Notes: generated by a model not told the origin, from the sequence alone. Positions 40,878-55,199 are shown, counted from the first letter of the stretch. The stretch: DNA of 64,000 bases from Eledone cirrhosa (GCA_964016885.1 OZ024741.1:73284001-73348000), one strand, 5' to 3'. Made by a program: numbers and translations.

Positions 40878-42663
40878 TTACCTCTCTGCGTCCCGGGTAT
40901 CGGGCTGCACAATTTCCATTAGGGTGGGGGATGGGTTGTTGGGTGGGGTGGTGGTTTGTGGAAGTGTGGGGGCATCAGTGTGTTGTGTGGTTGGGGAGCT
41001 TGGAGTTGTGAGGGTGTTTGGGGAGGGGGTGGGATAGTTTTTTAGGAGGACGCGGTTAATGGGCCCGACGCAGGGGGGACCCACGTCCTCTTTAAAATTG
41101 TTTTTTAAAGTTTTATAGGTGTCCTGTGGGGCCTTAATCATTTTGAGGTGGGGGAAATCCCCTGCCTGGGTGAAGTTAGGCCCTTGTGTTTTTATTAGAT
41201 TGTTGTTGTACACAATGTTTAACAGTTTTTTGTTTCTTGTATTTATGTATGTGTATGCATGTTTTTGTTTTTGTGTGGTGTTTTTTGTTTGCTGTTGTGA
41301 GCTCTTTTGTGTTGGTGTCAGTGTTATGTTTTGGGGAGGGGTTTTTTTCATTTGTGTGTCTGAGGTGTGTTTTCTTTTTTTTCTTTTGATTGTGTGGAAG
41401 TGCTCCTCCTCGTCTGACGACGAACTAGGGTCATCTTCCGCGTTGGAGGGGAGGGGTATATTTTCGGGTTGTGTTTGCGGTACGGGTGTTTTGGAAATTG
41501 TTTTTGTTTTTTGAGTGGAGGGGATGGGTTGGACATTGTTTTGTTTTGGTTTGAGCTGTGGTGGTTGTTTTTGTAGTGGTAGTTGTGGTGATTGTGTTGG
41601 TTGTGCAGTTGTTGGTGGTGTAGGCAGGATTGGGGTTTTCTTATTAAGTTGGGGACAGACAGCCCTCAGGTGACCTCTGGTTCCGCAGAGGTAACACGAG
41701 GGCCGTCTACCCTCAACGGTAATGTTGATGAAGGTTAGATCATCCAGTATGACGCGTTCAGGGATCTGGGCGATCCTTTCGGGCCTCATTTGAACTACAA
41801 GTTCGAGGCTCGTTCCACTGAACGCGTCACCCGATGCCTTTCCCATGGACACCAGCATGTCATCCTCCAGGTCCAGAAAACCTGTCAAAACCCACCATAT
41901 GTCCATAATCGGCAGGATGGTGTGGATTTTTATTTTTTGTGTTCTTCTACCCATGTACGTAGGGTAGAAGGTGTATGCGGTGGATGTGATTGGTTTGATG
42001 GACAGTTTCACTGCTGTGTCCCTGTCCTTCATGAGAATGGATAGACTCCCGTAGAGTCTATCCTTCTGAATGAAGGTGATGTCCTTCATGACGTTTTTTA
42101 AAACCAGCTCTATCTCGCTCTGTGATGGTTGAGCTGGTTTTTTACTTTTGTTCGAGATTGTCCTAAACATGACCGTGTTTAGGAGTCTCTGGCTTTTTAG
42201 TTCCGGGGGGGGAATGGATTGTGAATGAACCATTTTCCCCGTACACTATATATTTTTTCGCATCCGCCAGTAGCTCCTTCGCTTTTGTTATATCTACTGG
42301 CAGATAGTCGAGGGTTTTCCTTGTCGTCTCGGCGAAGGAGAAATTTCGTTTGTTTGTGTTGTTGTTGTCGTTGGTGGTGTTGTTGTTATCATTGTTGTTG
42401 TTGTCACCGTTATTGGTCTTGTTGTTGTTATTGTTATTGTTATTGGTGTTGTTTTCGTCCGTCGCATTGTTGTTGTTGCTGTTGCTGCTGGTTCTTTGAG
42501 TTGTTGCCATGGCAACGTCAAGTTGTCGGTTAACAGGTGGAGAGAATTCTTCCTCTGGCTGACCTATCTTCTTGACCTCTGCTACTGTGACAGTGGCAGG
42601 GGGAAGCTGTAAGTTCATCTTCCCCTTTCCTCCTTCGAATTTTGGTGAAGAAGCTTCGGCCAT
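40878..42663 (-). CDS. LINE A ORF1 (Gag-like; zinc knuckle), split by a 1-nt frameshift at a C8 run near 42205-42212
   Basis: ORFs 42163..42663 and 40878..42233 join to align with LINE B ORF1; CYLCGTRGHLRAVC. Confidence 0.88.
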
Positions 42664-42874
42664 TTAAAAAAATATTGACTTTTCAACAAGAAAAAACTTT
42701 TTTTTTAACTATTTCGCCTAAAGGCGTAGAATATTTTGAGAGACTGACCAGATCAAAGTTTGACCTGGCAGTCCCTCTACAAAATGGTACAAAAATTAAA
42801 GTTATCAGACAAGAATTTCTATAGAAATTTAAACAGAACTTACTCAGCAAGTTATACGCGTGTGTCCATCCCAG

Positions 42875-42978
<104 letters not shown>

Positions 42979-43192
42979 TTCTTTATTTACCATAAAGGCA
43001 TAAAAAGAAGGGACAAATACAAAGGGGGAGTTTACATATAATCGAGTAAAAAGGGTGTAACATGAAAATAATCGAAAATAACCTCAAAAGGGAGGGGACG
43101 TGATGGGGGTTGCACACACCCCCGAAAAAGTGTGCAATCCTTTGCCCGGGGAGCACATGGAGAAGGTGCTCCCCTCTCCTTTACTTCTTTAC

Positions 43193-46100
43193 CTACAGGA
43201 TGGTATACAGAGAAGGCCCATTTACACGAGCCATTCTCGCCACTATCACCCACCTTTCATAAAACTGCCTGTGGCCAAGGACCTCTCTCTCCATTCTTAT
43301 CCTTCTTCCGAAGTGATATCGGAAGAAGTAGACCAGACTATGGCCAGAGAGGAAGTTGCCTGACCTCAGACCTTTCAATCGTGTCCACCAAACAACCTCT
43401 TTCAACATGGCTATTACGCACAGAAAAACCGCCTTTGCTTCCTTTGTGAAGAGGGGAGGCGGTTTGATTGTCATCACGGACTCGGCGGTCAATTTAATCG
43501 GCGCCACCCGCGACAGCAGTTGTTCGGCGTAGCCCCACAGATCAGCCACGCCCGGACATTGCACCAATGCGTGCGCTACGGTTTCTTCGTGACGCACGCA
43601 TCTAGGGCAAATCTTTTTTGAGGGATCCCTGCCCGGGCGCTCGTGTCTGTAGAGCCTCTCTCGAACGGGTAGAGCCCCTCGGTAGCACTGCCAGGCCAGT
43701 GACTTCTGGAAGTTGTCCATTGGTCCTGGGCCGAAAGTCCTACCGAACAGGCTGGCCAGTTCGTCTTCTTCCATGTCCAGCGACTCTCCAAGGGTGTCAT
43801 CGCCCCTGCTAGCCACCAGCCCTCTATAGAATGATGAGGTGGATTCTCCACCGATGGCCTGGCCCGCTTGCCAGAGAGCCCTGAGCGCCTGAGCACACTC
43901 AGTGTGCCAGTCTCCCAGTTTTCCGGATCTTTGCTTGACCCAGGACTGTAGCTCGGTGAGTGAGACGAGTCTCGGAAAGGCTCGTTTCACGAACGGAGCC
44001 CACACCGGTTGACCAGTGAGGAATACCTGTAGGTGCCGTAGCCTTAATGCGTGCCTACGCATCATCAACCACGGCATCCCCAGCCCTCCTTTCGAAGGTT
44101 GTTGGCAGCAGATGGATCTTCTCACCATAGGAGGACGCTTCTTCCAAAGAAATTGGAAGAGCATGCGTTCCATGGTGGTGAGTGTTTCCTTAGGGCAAGG
44201 CACGACAGTCAGGCGGTAGTAAGTGACGGACGCTATGTAAATGTTCGCCACCTCCGCCCGGCCTTTTAGGGACAGCTTACACTTGGCCCATTTCTGGGTT
44301 AGTGCAAACACCTTGTTCGTAACCTCGTTCCAGTTCTTTTCCACCTGGAGGTCCGGTCCAAACCAGACCCCAAGCAACTTTACCGGGCCCTCCGTCCAGT
44401 GTCCGACGACACCGTCAGGAGGCATCGGTTTGCCTCTCCACGTTCCGAGTTGCAGCCCGATGGATTTTTCCCGGTTCAGTTTCGCTCCTGACAACCTTTC
44501 GTACTCCTCCAGTAAGGTACCGATCGCCTCGATCTCCGAGTCGGTTGATACCATTACTGTTACGTCATCGGCGTAGGCCGACACCGCTTTGCTCAATCCT
44601 GGTTCCAGGGGGATACCCTGCAACAACTCCAACTTCCTCAGTAAAGGCTCGAGAGTCAATACGTACAGAAGGGAGGAGAGAGGGCACCCCTGTCGAATGG
44701 ATCGTGTGATTTCGAACGGCTTCGAAAGGTAGCCGTTCACCTTGATCCTAGAACAGATGTGGTTGCTATGTAGGGCAGTGATCCAGCCTCTGAAAACAGG
44801 ACCGAACCCAGCCGCCGCTAGCACCGCATCCAGGTAACCATGGTCGACCCTATCGAAGGCCTTAGATTGATCCAAGTTGATCAGGGCCCCACCGAAGCCG
44901 GGTTTGTTGCCAACCCTCTCTATGATGTATCGCATGAGGTGGAGGTTATCGTGAATGGACCTGGATGGGATAGCACATGTCTGCGCATCTCCCACCAGGC
45001 CACCCACGACAAGCGCCAACCTCTTTGCTAACACCTTGGCCAAAATCTTTAACTCTGTGTTTAGCAGGGTTATGGGCCGAAAATTATTTATACTATCCCC
45101 CTTGTTCTCGTCCTTCCTCACCAGCGTGACTACGCCCTTGGCTACAGAACAAGGAATTCTCCCGTTCTGCTGCCAATTGCAGTAGACCGCTTCGAGGAGT
45201 TCGGAGAAGAAGACCGGCATTGCTAAATAAAGTTCGTAAGGTATACCATCGAGACCTGGAGATTTGCGTCTGCTGCATTGGCTCAGCGCATCTCCGATCT
45301 CATCAGCCGAGATTGGTCCCTCGCAGGACTCTGCCTCTTTGTTTGAGAGACGCGGCAGGCCGTCGAGGTATGGACCGAAATCCACGCCCCGGCCCGGACC
45401 CTCGCCTCCCCCGAACAATCGGGCAAAGTGCTTTTGAAAGGCCTCGCACATCTGCTTAGGCTCCCGGATCACTCGTCCATCTTCGTCTTGCAACGACCGG
45501 ATGGTGGATCGATTTCCACTCTTAGCTTCTGTCACGCGGGCCCATCCAACGGCTTTGGCCCCCTCATTACCTAGAGCACGTATTTTACTTCGAATGACGC
45601 AGCCTTCATGCTTTGCATCGAAAAACTGGTTCAAGGCCGTCCTCGATGCCAGCACTCTGGCCACATCTTCGCTCTTGATTGCCTCTTCTAATTTACCTGT
45701 TAATTCTTTCTCGTTTCTATTCCTATCGGCAGCTAACATCTTGCTATAACTTATTGATTCTGTTCTAATCTCTCTTTTGAGAGATGCCCACCATCGGTTG
45801 TTGACGATTGCACCCGTCAACCTCTCCTTAACTAATCTGCTAATCCGGTTTCTGTAAGTCTCTTTTGCCGGTAAAGACAAATTAAGTTTCCAGTAACCGG
45901 GACCCTGTCTATGTGTTTTCTCGAGATTGACCACGCAGGTCACTAATTTGTGATCCGTGTAGCCAACCGTGCGCATTTCTGGACAGCTTAATATGTCCCT
46001 ATCCTTACTTCTAACTAAGAATCTATCTAAGTACGATCTAGATTGACCACTGTGGTTTCTCCAAGTCCAGGTAGGCACAGTTGGAAAATCTAGTCGATAT

Positions 46101-46630
46101 CTATCGACCAAGTTAAAACGGTCGAGTAACCCCTTGAGGCTGTTACACCCCCCTCTATTAGGACATGCTCCTGCATAGTCCCAACGTGCATCCAGGATGT
46201 CATTCCAATCCCCCGCTAGAAGCAGGGAACGCGACGTTCCCAGAAAAGTCTCCAAACGCTGGAAGAAGTCGGGCCGTTCAGCTCCGAAAGGGGAGTAGAC
46301 GGCGACCAGTCTCAAGGCCGCACTTTCACTACTGCCAACGTCTAGCACCAACAAACGACCCTCCGGGTCCGAGTGCACAACCTGTACGGCAAGACCCAGG
46401 TGTTTTTGCAGCAGTACGACAACCCCAACCCCACCTCCAGGTTGACAGAGAGATGCATGCACCTCAAAGTCATCGAAGGTGGGGGCCAGCTGCCGCATGA
46501 CGCTGATTCGAGTCTCACAGATAACCATTACATTTATACTACATGACCTGAGGTCATTTAGAAGCTTTGCTTGCTTCCAAGTTGAGCCCAGGCCACGTGC
46601 ATTCAAACATCCTACTCTTAACACATCCAT
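43193..46630 (-). CDS. LINE B ORF2: APE endonuclease, reverse transcriptase, CCHC zinc finger
   Basis: 1145 aa, colinear with LINE A ORF2; YADD, TDH, CPRC..ETVAHALVQC. Confidence 0.97.
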   Translation of the reverse strand: MDVLRVGCLNARGLGSTWKQAKLLNDLRSCSINVMVICETRISVMRQLAPTFDDFEVHASLCQPGGGVGVVVLLQKHLGLAVQVVHSDPEGRLLVLDVGSSESAALRLVAVYSPFGAERPDFFQRLETFLGTSRSLLLAGDWNDILDARWDYAGACPNRGGCNSLKGLLDRFNLVDRYRLDFPTVPTWTWRNHSGQSRSYLDRFLVRSKDRDILSCPEMRTVGYTDHKLVTCVVNLEKTHRQGPGYWKLNLSLPAKETYRNRISRLVKERLTGAIVNNRWWASLKREIRTESISYSKMLAADRNRNEKELTGKLEEAIKSEDVARVLASRTALNQFFDAKHEGCVIRSKIRALGNEGAKAVGWARVTEAKSGNRSTIRSLQDEDGRVIREPKQMCEAFQKHFARLFGGGEGPGRGVDFGPYLDGLPRLSNKEAESCEGPISADEIGDALSQCSRRKSPGLDGIPYELYLAMPVFFSELLEAVYCNWQQNGRIPCSVAKGVVTLVRKDENKGDSINNFRPITLLNTELKILAKVLAKRLALVVGGLVGDAQTCAIPSRSIHDNLHLMRYIIERVGNKPGFGGALINLDQSKAFDRVDHGYLDAVLAAAGFGPVFRGWITALHSNHICSRIKVNGYLSKPFEITRSIRQGCPLSSLLYVLTLEPLLRKLELLQGIPLEPGLSKAVSAYADDVTVMVSTDSEIEAIGTLLEEYERLSGAKLNREKSIGLQLGTWRGKPMPPDGVVGHWTEGPVKLLGVWFGPDLQVEKNWNEVTNKVFALTQKWAKCKLSLKGRAEVANIYIASVTYYRLTVVPCPKETLTTMERMLFQFLWKKRPPMVRRSICCQQPSKGGLGMPWLMMRRHALRLRHLQVFLTGQPVWAPFVKRAFPRLVSLTELQSWVKQRSGKLGDWHTECAQALRALWQAGQAIGGESTSSFYRGLVASRGDDTLGESLDMEEDELASLFGRTFGPGPMDNFQKSLAWQCYRGALPVRERLYRHERPGRDPSKKICPRCVRHEETVAHALVQCPGVADLWGYAEQLLSRVAPIKLTAESVMTIKPPPLFTKEAKAVFLCVIAMLKEVVWWTRLKGLRSGNFLSGHSLVYFFRYHFGRRIRMEREVLGHRQFYERWVIVARMARVNGPSLYTIL

Positions 46631-46663
46631 GTGGGCGGCAGAGCCAAAGGAGAGTGTAGAGAC

Positions 46664-48564
46664 CTACCTTTCCGCTTCCCGGGGTTCGGGTTGCACGACT
46701 TCCATGGGGTCGGGGGTGTTGGGTGAAGGGGTGTCTTGTGGTGGTGTGGGGTCGTCAGTGTGTGGTGGGGTTGGGGTGTTTGGAGTTGTGTTGGGGAGGG
46801 GAAGGGGAGGGGGAAAGCTTTTTAGTAGGACGCGGTTTATGGGTTTGACAGAGGGTGGTCCTACGTCCTCCTTAAAATCCTTTTTTAGTTTTTGGTAGAG
46901 GTTCATTGGGATTTTTATTAGTTTTAAATGTGGGTGGTTTTCTGACGAAACAAAGTTTACACCTTCGGTTTGTACCGAAGGATTATTGTATATGAGTTCA
47001 TTTAATTTATTATTGTTTCTGTTGATGTAAGTATAGTGTAATGTCTTTTTTTCCGATGGTGTGAGTGTTTCGAAGAGGGGAGGGGCAGGTTTGGTTTTGT
47101 TTGTTGCTGGAGGGGTGTTTTCTGTTTTGTTGGATTGTGTTGCGATTTGGGTGGGGGTTGTTTGTCCTTGTGTGTTTTGCACATGTTTTCTTTTTTTCCT
47201 TTTAATCTGTCTGAAGGACTCCGTTTCTTCCTCCGAATTCGTTGGGTTATCTTCAGTGTTGGAGGGAAGAGGTATGTTTGCTGGTAATGTTTCCGTGTTG
47301 GTTTTCTTTGTGGGGGAGATGGATGTCACTATGTTAGACTGTGTTGTGTGTTGTGTCTGCGGTGGTTGTGTTGTTTTATTGAGTGAGAGGTTGGGTGGGC
47401 CTGTATTTTGTTTTGGGGTAATGTGTTGTGACTGTTTGTGCTGTGGTGGTGTTGTGGTTTTACTGAGGGACGGGTTGGGTGGGACTGAGTTTTGTTGTTT
47501 GTTTATCTGTTGTGGTGGTGGTGGTGGAGCTGGTGTTGGTAGCAGGGTTTTCTTTTTGTTGAGTTGGGGACAAGCGGCCTTCAGGTGCCTTCTGCCTGCA
47601 CAGATATGGCAGGACGGCCTTCTCCCCTCCACGCTAATGTTTATATACCCGTGGTCCTCTAATAGGATTCTGTCGGGTATTTGGGCGATGCGTTCAGGCT
47701 TCATTTGTACTACCAGCTCTATACCTGTTCCACTGAACGCATTGCCTGTGGTTTTCCCAGTGGAAATCACGTTGTCATTCACTGGATCGATGAAGCCAGC
47801 TATGAGCCAGCAGTAGTCCACATCTGGCATCATTGCATCCAGCCATATGCGTTGAGTTTTTTTCCCCATATAAGATGGATAAAAGGTGAAATTTTTCGAA
47901 CGAATCGGTGACAAAGCACATTTTTTTGCCGCCGATTCGTTCTTCATGATAATTGCTAGGCTTCCATACAGTCTGTCTTTTCTTATGAAAGTTGTTTCAT
48001 TCAGTACTTCTGTGAGTACTGTTTTGATATCTGCTTGAGAAGGCTGTTCAGGTTTTTTGTACTGTTGTTGATGGTCCGAAACTTGACCGTTCGGCTTTCA
48101 ATGTCTTTCGTGAATTCTTGAGGCATTTTTACCAATAAAATACCATTCTCACCTTCACTTATGTATTGTTTGGCGTCCGTGATCCTTCGTACCACATCTG
48201 AAATGTTTTCCGCTATATAAGTCAAAGATTTCTTTGTTTTCTGTGCAAATGAAATCTTGTCGTCTGCTTTGTTTTCTGATATGGTGTTATTTTCAACTGT
48301 TATTTTTTTGTTTGTTGTGTCTTTGTTTGTGTTATTAGTATTGTCATGCAATTTTTCAAATTTTTTTTTTTCGTTGTTGGAATCCAAGTCCAGATTTATG
48401 TTTTCGTCATTTAATTTTTTCTCCGCAGATTCGTCCGTTTTTATTTTCATTTTTCCTTCCTTCTCTATGACGTTAGTTGGGAAGGAAGGGAGGACTAAAG
48501 CGTGCGAGCTTACAACTCTTACCGCTGTCCCCCCACCACTATTTTCGTTCGCTGCGTTTAACAT
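46664..48564 (-). CDS. LINE B ORF1 (zinc knuckle), split by a 1-nt frameshift at an A6 run near 48053-48058
   Basis: ORFs 48001..48564 and 46664..47947; adding one A restores STKKPEQPSQADI, matching KSKKPAQPSQSEI in A; CHICAGRRHLKAAC. Confidence 0.88.
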
Positions 48565-48794
48565 TTCTGTTAGACGATTGAAATTTTTTACACAAAATTT
48601 TTTAAAACAGGTTTTTCACCTCTAGGAGGGGTAAAGATGAGCTGACCCACCGCCTGACAGTTCAGACGGAGGGTCAAGCTACACAATTGTATCAAAATTA
48701 AGTTTGAACTCACAAAATTTCCTCAATAAATTTGAACAAAACTTCTGTGCGAAGTGAATGACATCCACACTGTAGAACAGACGACAGCTAGATT

Positions 48795-48795
48795 G

Positions 48796-48832
<37 letters not shown>

Positions 48833-48833
48833 T

Positions 48834-48891
<58 letters not shown>

Positions 48892-48904
48892 TGATTGATA
48901 GATA
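48795..48904. repeat. (GATA)n array, 5' flank of LINE B
   Basis: Seen directly. Confidence 0.95.
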
Positions 48905-49165
48905 ACGCAATACATGTGTATTCCAGCAATTTGAATTAAGAGAGTTGCATCATATGTATATGACACAACTACAGGTTACTGCCTGACATGAAAGTTGCCA
49001 AACATTGAGTAAAAAGTAAATAGCATGAAATAAAGAACATTATTATTGGAAAATTGTATAATTATTTCAAACGGGAAAACTTCAATGTCTTCATGTATTT
49101 TCTTTTTATACGTTTTGGTATATTTACTTATTTATTATTAATATATGTTATCAGTTTTGTATTGT

Positions 49166-50095
49166 AACTGGCATCTAGATTGTTGCCAAGCGCTGGCGGC
49201 ACTTTACCAACTGAACAACACTATAAGAGACCAGAAAACAACACGTTCTTACTATAGATTGTTAGTAGAAGGTATGATATGGACGATGATGGCCCGAGAG
49301 TGGCTCAGAATAGATTCTTCTTGGGGACTCTCAGGTCCGGTATCATGGACAATTTCGAAAAATCCTTGGCATTGCAATGCTACGGAGGGGCACTTCCAGA
49401 ACAAGACAAACTCTACAGCCGGACCTGTCCAAGATGAACAACAGGGCAAAGAAACCGTCCTGAATGCTATCGTCTAGTACCTATGAATTGTAAAGTTGCT
49501 ATCACGTGTAGGACAGATCCGGCTATCAGCCCGGTCGACGGACGGTGACGATTGAACCGCCACCTTCTTTTATAAGAAGTGTGGTCTTTTATAAGATTTC
49601 TTCTCCTATCTGGTAATCATGGCCAATAAAGCTGTATCCGAGACTCGTCTAAAAGGATTGAAGCCAAGAACTTTCCTCTCCGGCTACGTCCTCATCAACT
49701 TCTTCAAGTTTCACTTTTAAAATAGGATGAGACTAGAGAGGGTGACGCTAGCTTTAAGTCTGTTTTATGATTATGGGTGAGAGTGGCAAGACTGAGGCGA
49801 CTGAACAGCCCTAATCTATGCTTTTCTAAATTGGAAGGAGGAACCGGAGCTTTGTGTGGATTTTGTCCCAGAGAATACCTTAAAATGCAGCCCCCCCCCA
49901 CACACACACTATTGGGGAAGTTCTCCTTCTTGACATTTGTTGTTTTCCTCTATCTTTTTTTTAATGTATATTTATTGAAATGTCTATTATTGATGTTGCT
50001 ACGGTTATCAATTCAGCGGCGATGTCTCTTTCCTTTTACTCGATGTAAACCCCACTTTGTGTTATTTTTCGTCTTTCTATTGCGGTCAACAAGAG
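49166..50095 (+). mobile_element. old decayed 3' fragment of a related Tx1-like LINE
   Basis: WHLDCCQALAALYQ, YYRLLV, MDNFEKSLALQCYGGALP, ETVLNAIV match the ORF2 C-termini of A and B; 3'UTR-like gtaaaccccactttgt. Confidence 0.85.
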
Positions 50096-50109
50096 ACATT
50101 CTCCCAAAT

Positions 50110-50505
50110 AATAATTGTTTCTACTTTAGGCACAAGGGCAGCAATTTGAAGAGGAGGGGGGTAAGTCGATTAAATTGACCCCAGTACTTACTGGTGCCTT
50201 ATTTTATCGACCCCGTAAGGATTAAAGGGTAAAGCTAACCTCAGCGGAAATTGAACCCAGAACGTAAAATACCGTAACTCTATGCCGCGAAGAATGGAGT
50301 CCGACGCTCTACCGATTTTGCCAGGACAACAGGCATTGAGGTATATAGTTACGTCCCTTTAAATTCTGCGTTAAAATCCCATCGAGGTTAGCTTTGCCTT
50401 TCATCCTTACGGAGTTTATGAAATGAAGTACCAGTAACACACTGGGTCGCATTAATCGACCCCCCCCCCCCCAATTGTTGGCCTTGTGCTTAAGTCAGAA
50501 ACCAT
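50110..50505. mobile_element. head-to-head pair of SINE family 1 copies (50110-50325 -, 50335-50505 +)
   Basis: Family core on both strands. Confidence 0.8.
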
Positions 50506-50680
50506 TATTATTATTGCTGTTACTTTGTATTCTTTCATTCCTGATTTCCTTCATTTTTGTCACTTTGTCATTTTAGTTTTGTTTATTTCTATTTCTTCAA
50601 ATGTATTAATAATGTATTTCATTTTTGTCTTACATTTTCTTCCTGGAAAATGTCAAATTTCCTACCACCACAAAGTAATC

Positions 50681-50738
<58 letters not shown>

Positions 50739-50918
50739 CACACACACACACATATATATATATATATTATGGAATACTGTTGGCTTTTTGTTACAATATT
50801 TTCTATACCTTTCATTTATATATATATATGTATATATATATGTATATATATATATGTGTGTGTGTGTGCGTCTGTGTGTGTTTGTGTTTATGTAATATAT
50901 ATATATGAATATATTTTT

Positions 50919-50975
<57 letters not shown>

Positions 50976-51311
50976 GTGATGTATGATGTAATATAATACA
51001 GAATAATCCTGTAAGAAAGAAACCTCTTACCTCATCAATGTCAGTAACAGCGTGTGTCAGATGAGTGTTTATGTATGTATGAAAGTATGTATGTATGTAT
51101 GAAAGTATGTATGCATGTATGTATATATGTATGCATGTATGTATTTGTGCATGGATATACGGTATGTATTACACTATAATCTATATACATATATGTGTGT
51201 GTGCGTGTGTGCGTAAATAGGGTGATAGACAGAATGTGTGATAACTAGCAAGAGATAGGGATATATATATATATATATGTGTGTGTGCGTGCGTGTATAT
51301 ATACAGACACA

Positions 51312-51405
<94 letters not shown>

Positions 51406-51412
51406 TATATAA

Positions 51413-51497
<85 letters not shown>

Positions 51498-52867
51498 GTG
51501 GTTGACTGCTCCTTACAGAGCTTGACCTCTTTGTGTACATATAATTGCTCTTTCCTGGCCTGGGATCATAAATGCCTTTTGAGCCCTGAAAGGCATTTGA
51601 AGAGCTAACTGCAAATACTGAAGCAACGTCTCACATCAGCATTGGCTCTATTTTCTGCTTTATCATTATGAATGTTCGAGTGCCGTGTCAATCCTCCACG
51701 TGACTTGAAGTCTTTTGACAAAAATAGCATTGAAATTGGTTAGCCGGAATGAAATTCCAATCATTCGAGTGTGCCTTACTCGCATGGGTGTGCTGGTGCA
51801 ATCTTAGATCAGCGTGACATGCATATTTTGTGCATAAGGAACATTTAAAGAATTACTCTGAATATTATTGTCATTAATCCTATTTTTACGAACTTTACTT
51901 TCTCTTTCAGCATGTTTAACTCTGTTAAGCTCAAAATCTTTAACAACGCTCCAAATCGTAGTTCGCTATCCTTCTCTGTCTGTTTCAAGTGATTCAAGAA
52001 TGGTGTAACATAATTTAAGACATTTCCCATTACCACTTTAATTTTAATGTGACTTTGTATCTTTTCGCTGGCTTACTATTTTTCTCGTTCCTAGCATAAG
52101 ATCACCATAAAACATTCGTTTGGTAAGGAGCTCATCATCCATACGAATGAGTTATCCTGTCCATCGTGGTTGATTCCTAATAAACATGGCTTACTCTATG
52201 TATCAACCTCGAAAAAATGTAAAACCTACAGCCCTAAATTAGTACTCCATTTCATTGATCCTGAAAGCATGAAATGAAAATTTGACTCCAGTGCGATTTG
52301 AACTCAGAAAACAGAAAATCGAAACAAATACTACAAGACATTATGTACTACATGCTAATAATAATGCCAGTTGATTTTGATAGTTGATTGATTCTTTTAT
52401 TCCTTTATTTATTGATGGATTGATTCTTCGGTTGAAACGATTGATTAGTTAATTGATTAAGTGTTTGATGGATTGACATGAGTTGTTGATTGTGTTTCTG
52501 GCTGGTTGGTTGTGTGGTTGGCTAATTTGTTGGTATGTTGGTTGCTTGATTCGTTGATATGTTGGTTGTTTGATGAACTGATACATCGATTCATTCATTG
52601 GGTGATTGAATTCATCTCTTTTTAATATCAGCTATAAATGAGACGTTCTCGGCTACAGGTAGTGTTAGGTCAGGGAAGAGAGAGAGAAAGAGAGGAGAGA
52701 GTTAGGGTGAGAGAGCGACAAGAGGAGAGCGAAAGAGAGGGAAGGTATGAGAAAAAGATAGAAAGGGCACGAGAGAAATGCTAAAACATAAACTTACGTA
52801 TTTTTTAAGTCATACAGATGAATATAGAGTTAGAGAAAGGGTGGGAAGGGAGATAGAGGGATAGACA

Positions 52868-53003
<136 letters not shown>

Positions 53004-53385
53004 CATCTGATATTTAAAATAGTTCTAAATAGTTCTAGTGACAGTATCATTACTTATCTCCCTTTGCATTGATCTTCTTTAGCTGAAAAAGAAAACGAAA
53101 AAAAAAAGAAAGAAAAGAAAAGGAAAGATCAGTTGTTGTTAGCCACGTGTGCCTGGCTGTCGTCTGCTAGAGAGGAGTTTTCTAGCCTGAAGGGCTTAGC
53201 GTGATTATCCCGATTTAGTTCTTATCTAGCAAACAATTCGAAAGACCACAGTTAAGCCTCAGATCTTATGGCGTGATTTACAATCGCTCTAAGATTTTCG
53301 TTTTCTCTTTCTTCATATCCAGTATTTTAACGGGGAAAAATATAGAAGGAATACAAAAACATTGCAATAAAATAGCTGTCTTTGC

Positions 53386-53454
<69 letters not shown>

Positions 53455-54138
53455 ATCGTTTACCCTCTCATTCCCCCTATCTCTCCCCCTCATCTCTCTC
53501 TCTCTATTTCTGTCTCCATTTCTCCAGTCTCTCTCTACGTCTCTCTTCCTCTCTCTCCCTGCTTTTCCTTCCCCCCACTCTCTCCCCCACCTTCTCTCCC
53601 ACGTAGTTATACGTAATAATAACAGCAACATATAGATAAAACAAACAATACAGGAACTGCAGCTGCAACGGGAATAACAACAAAAAACCACAGCAATCGC
53701 AACAACAAAAGCAACAACAATAGCAACAACATCAACACCAGCAATAGTAACAAGAGCAATAGTAACAACAACAATACTATAATATCAAAAGTAACAACAC
53801 AAATATCCGTCGCAATAACCGAGAAGAAAATGGCTGATAATTTTTATCGCGATTTGTATTGTTGGCTGGATGTGTTGAATTCCTTCTAGGGAAATAAAAC
53901 TAAGGAGAAGAGAACGAAAAGTAGTGATGTGTCAGCGTGATACTGTGCTGCTTGACGACATCATAAAATCGATGATGACTCGTTAGATTATCCGATAATA
54001 TTTCTGAGAGATTCAATCGATAAATCATCTTATCTCATCGGTTTGTAATTGAATCGTAGCCGTAACCGACAGATGAAGAAACAAGAAAAATAAAAGCTGA
54101 CATTTTGTTGGATGATAGATGGAAAGATTGAAAACGAT

Positions 54139-54212
<74 letters not shown>

Positions 54213-55199
54213 GGTTATGTGAGAGGATATGGCAACAGACAGACAGCACCAGAGACAGAGAGAATAAAAAGGAGATAAAGAGATTAGGAAAGAGTAGGAC
54301 ATTTATCTGTGTTGATTTGAGGAAAAAATTTCAGCAGATATTTTTGTTTTCTTTATTTTTTCATTGTTTTTACCTCGAGGTAAATTTTGGGCAATTCACT
54401 TCTTTTCTGAGAACAATTCCATCATTTTTCTATTTAGTTAATGGCCATTCAGAAGCGTGTGTAATTGAGTAACTCTACCGTTGAAAGAAACCAACTGAAA
54501 AATATCATTCTTGGTCTGGCACTGAATTGATTACCCATTGTCTTTTTCAAGAGGACATCATTGAAACAAATTATTCCGCTATATAAAATTTTGCCAGCTC
54601 TTGCTTTTGTTACCTTTTTTTTATAGCGTAGTCCGACGAGGAAGGTCATCACCGATGGCCCCTTTATAAGGCCTCTCAGACAGGTAGGAGGAAGGGAGTG
54701 AAGTTATTCTCTGACCAAAGATTTGGTTCAAATGCTTGCAGTAGAGTGAAGTCTTCCACCGGCCTCTAAGGACAAGAACGACACAGTTTCTGTCAATGAA
54801 ATTTCCCTCACAAGGCGTTGGTCAACCTAAGCTTATACTAGGTATCACACCGTAAGATCAAATTTGCAACAATATAGCTACGAAGCAAACGCCATAACCA
54901 CATAACCATTAGAGGAATATATCCTTTATATTTAAGTAATTATTCTTGTTATACCGAATTAAATATATCTTCCAAATACCCATCAATAGTAATATGATAT
55001 TTCAATTGTTTTCGTATATCCATTTATGAATTACTAGGATCCTAAACTTTTCAAACTTCTAGTGTCCATAAAGTAAAATACCAGTCTAGTGTGTTGGATT
55101 GCTGGAAATTATTACATCGTTAGATAAAACATTTTAAGGTATTTGTCCCGGGTCTTTACGTTCTAAAAACCAGGGTAAGTGAAGCAAACTTGCCCCTAT

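Larger units (their letters stand above)
37152..42874 (-). mobile_element. full-length Tx1/L1-group non-LTR retrotransposon A
   Basis: 5'UTR, ORF1 with CCHC knuckle, ORF2 APE-RT-zinc finger, 3'UTR ending AATAAAAGAAAT then (ATCT)n. Confidence 0.95.
42979..48794 (-). mobile_element. full-length Tx1/L1-group non-LTR retrotransposon B (sister family of A)
   Basis: Same architecture as A; 3' end AATAAAGAAAT-(CTAT)n. Confidence 0.95.

Noticed and set aside
51495-52130. Possible decayed coding fragment on the minus strand
   Set aside because: Many stops and no motif I can recognise.
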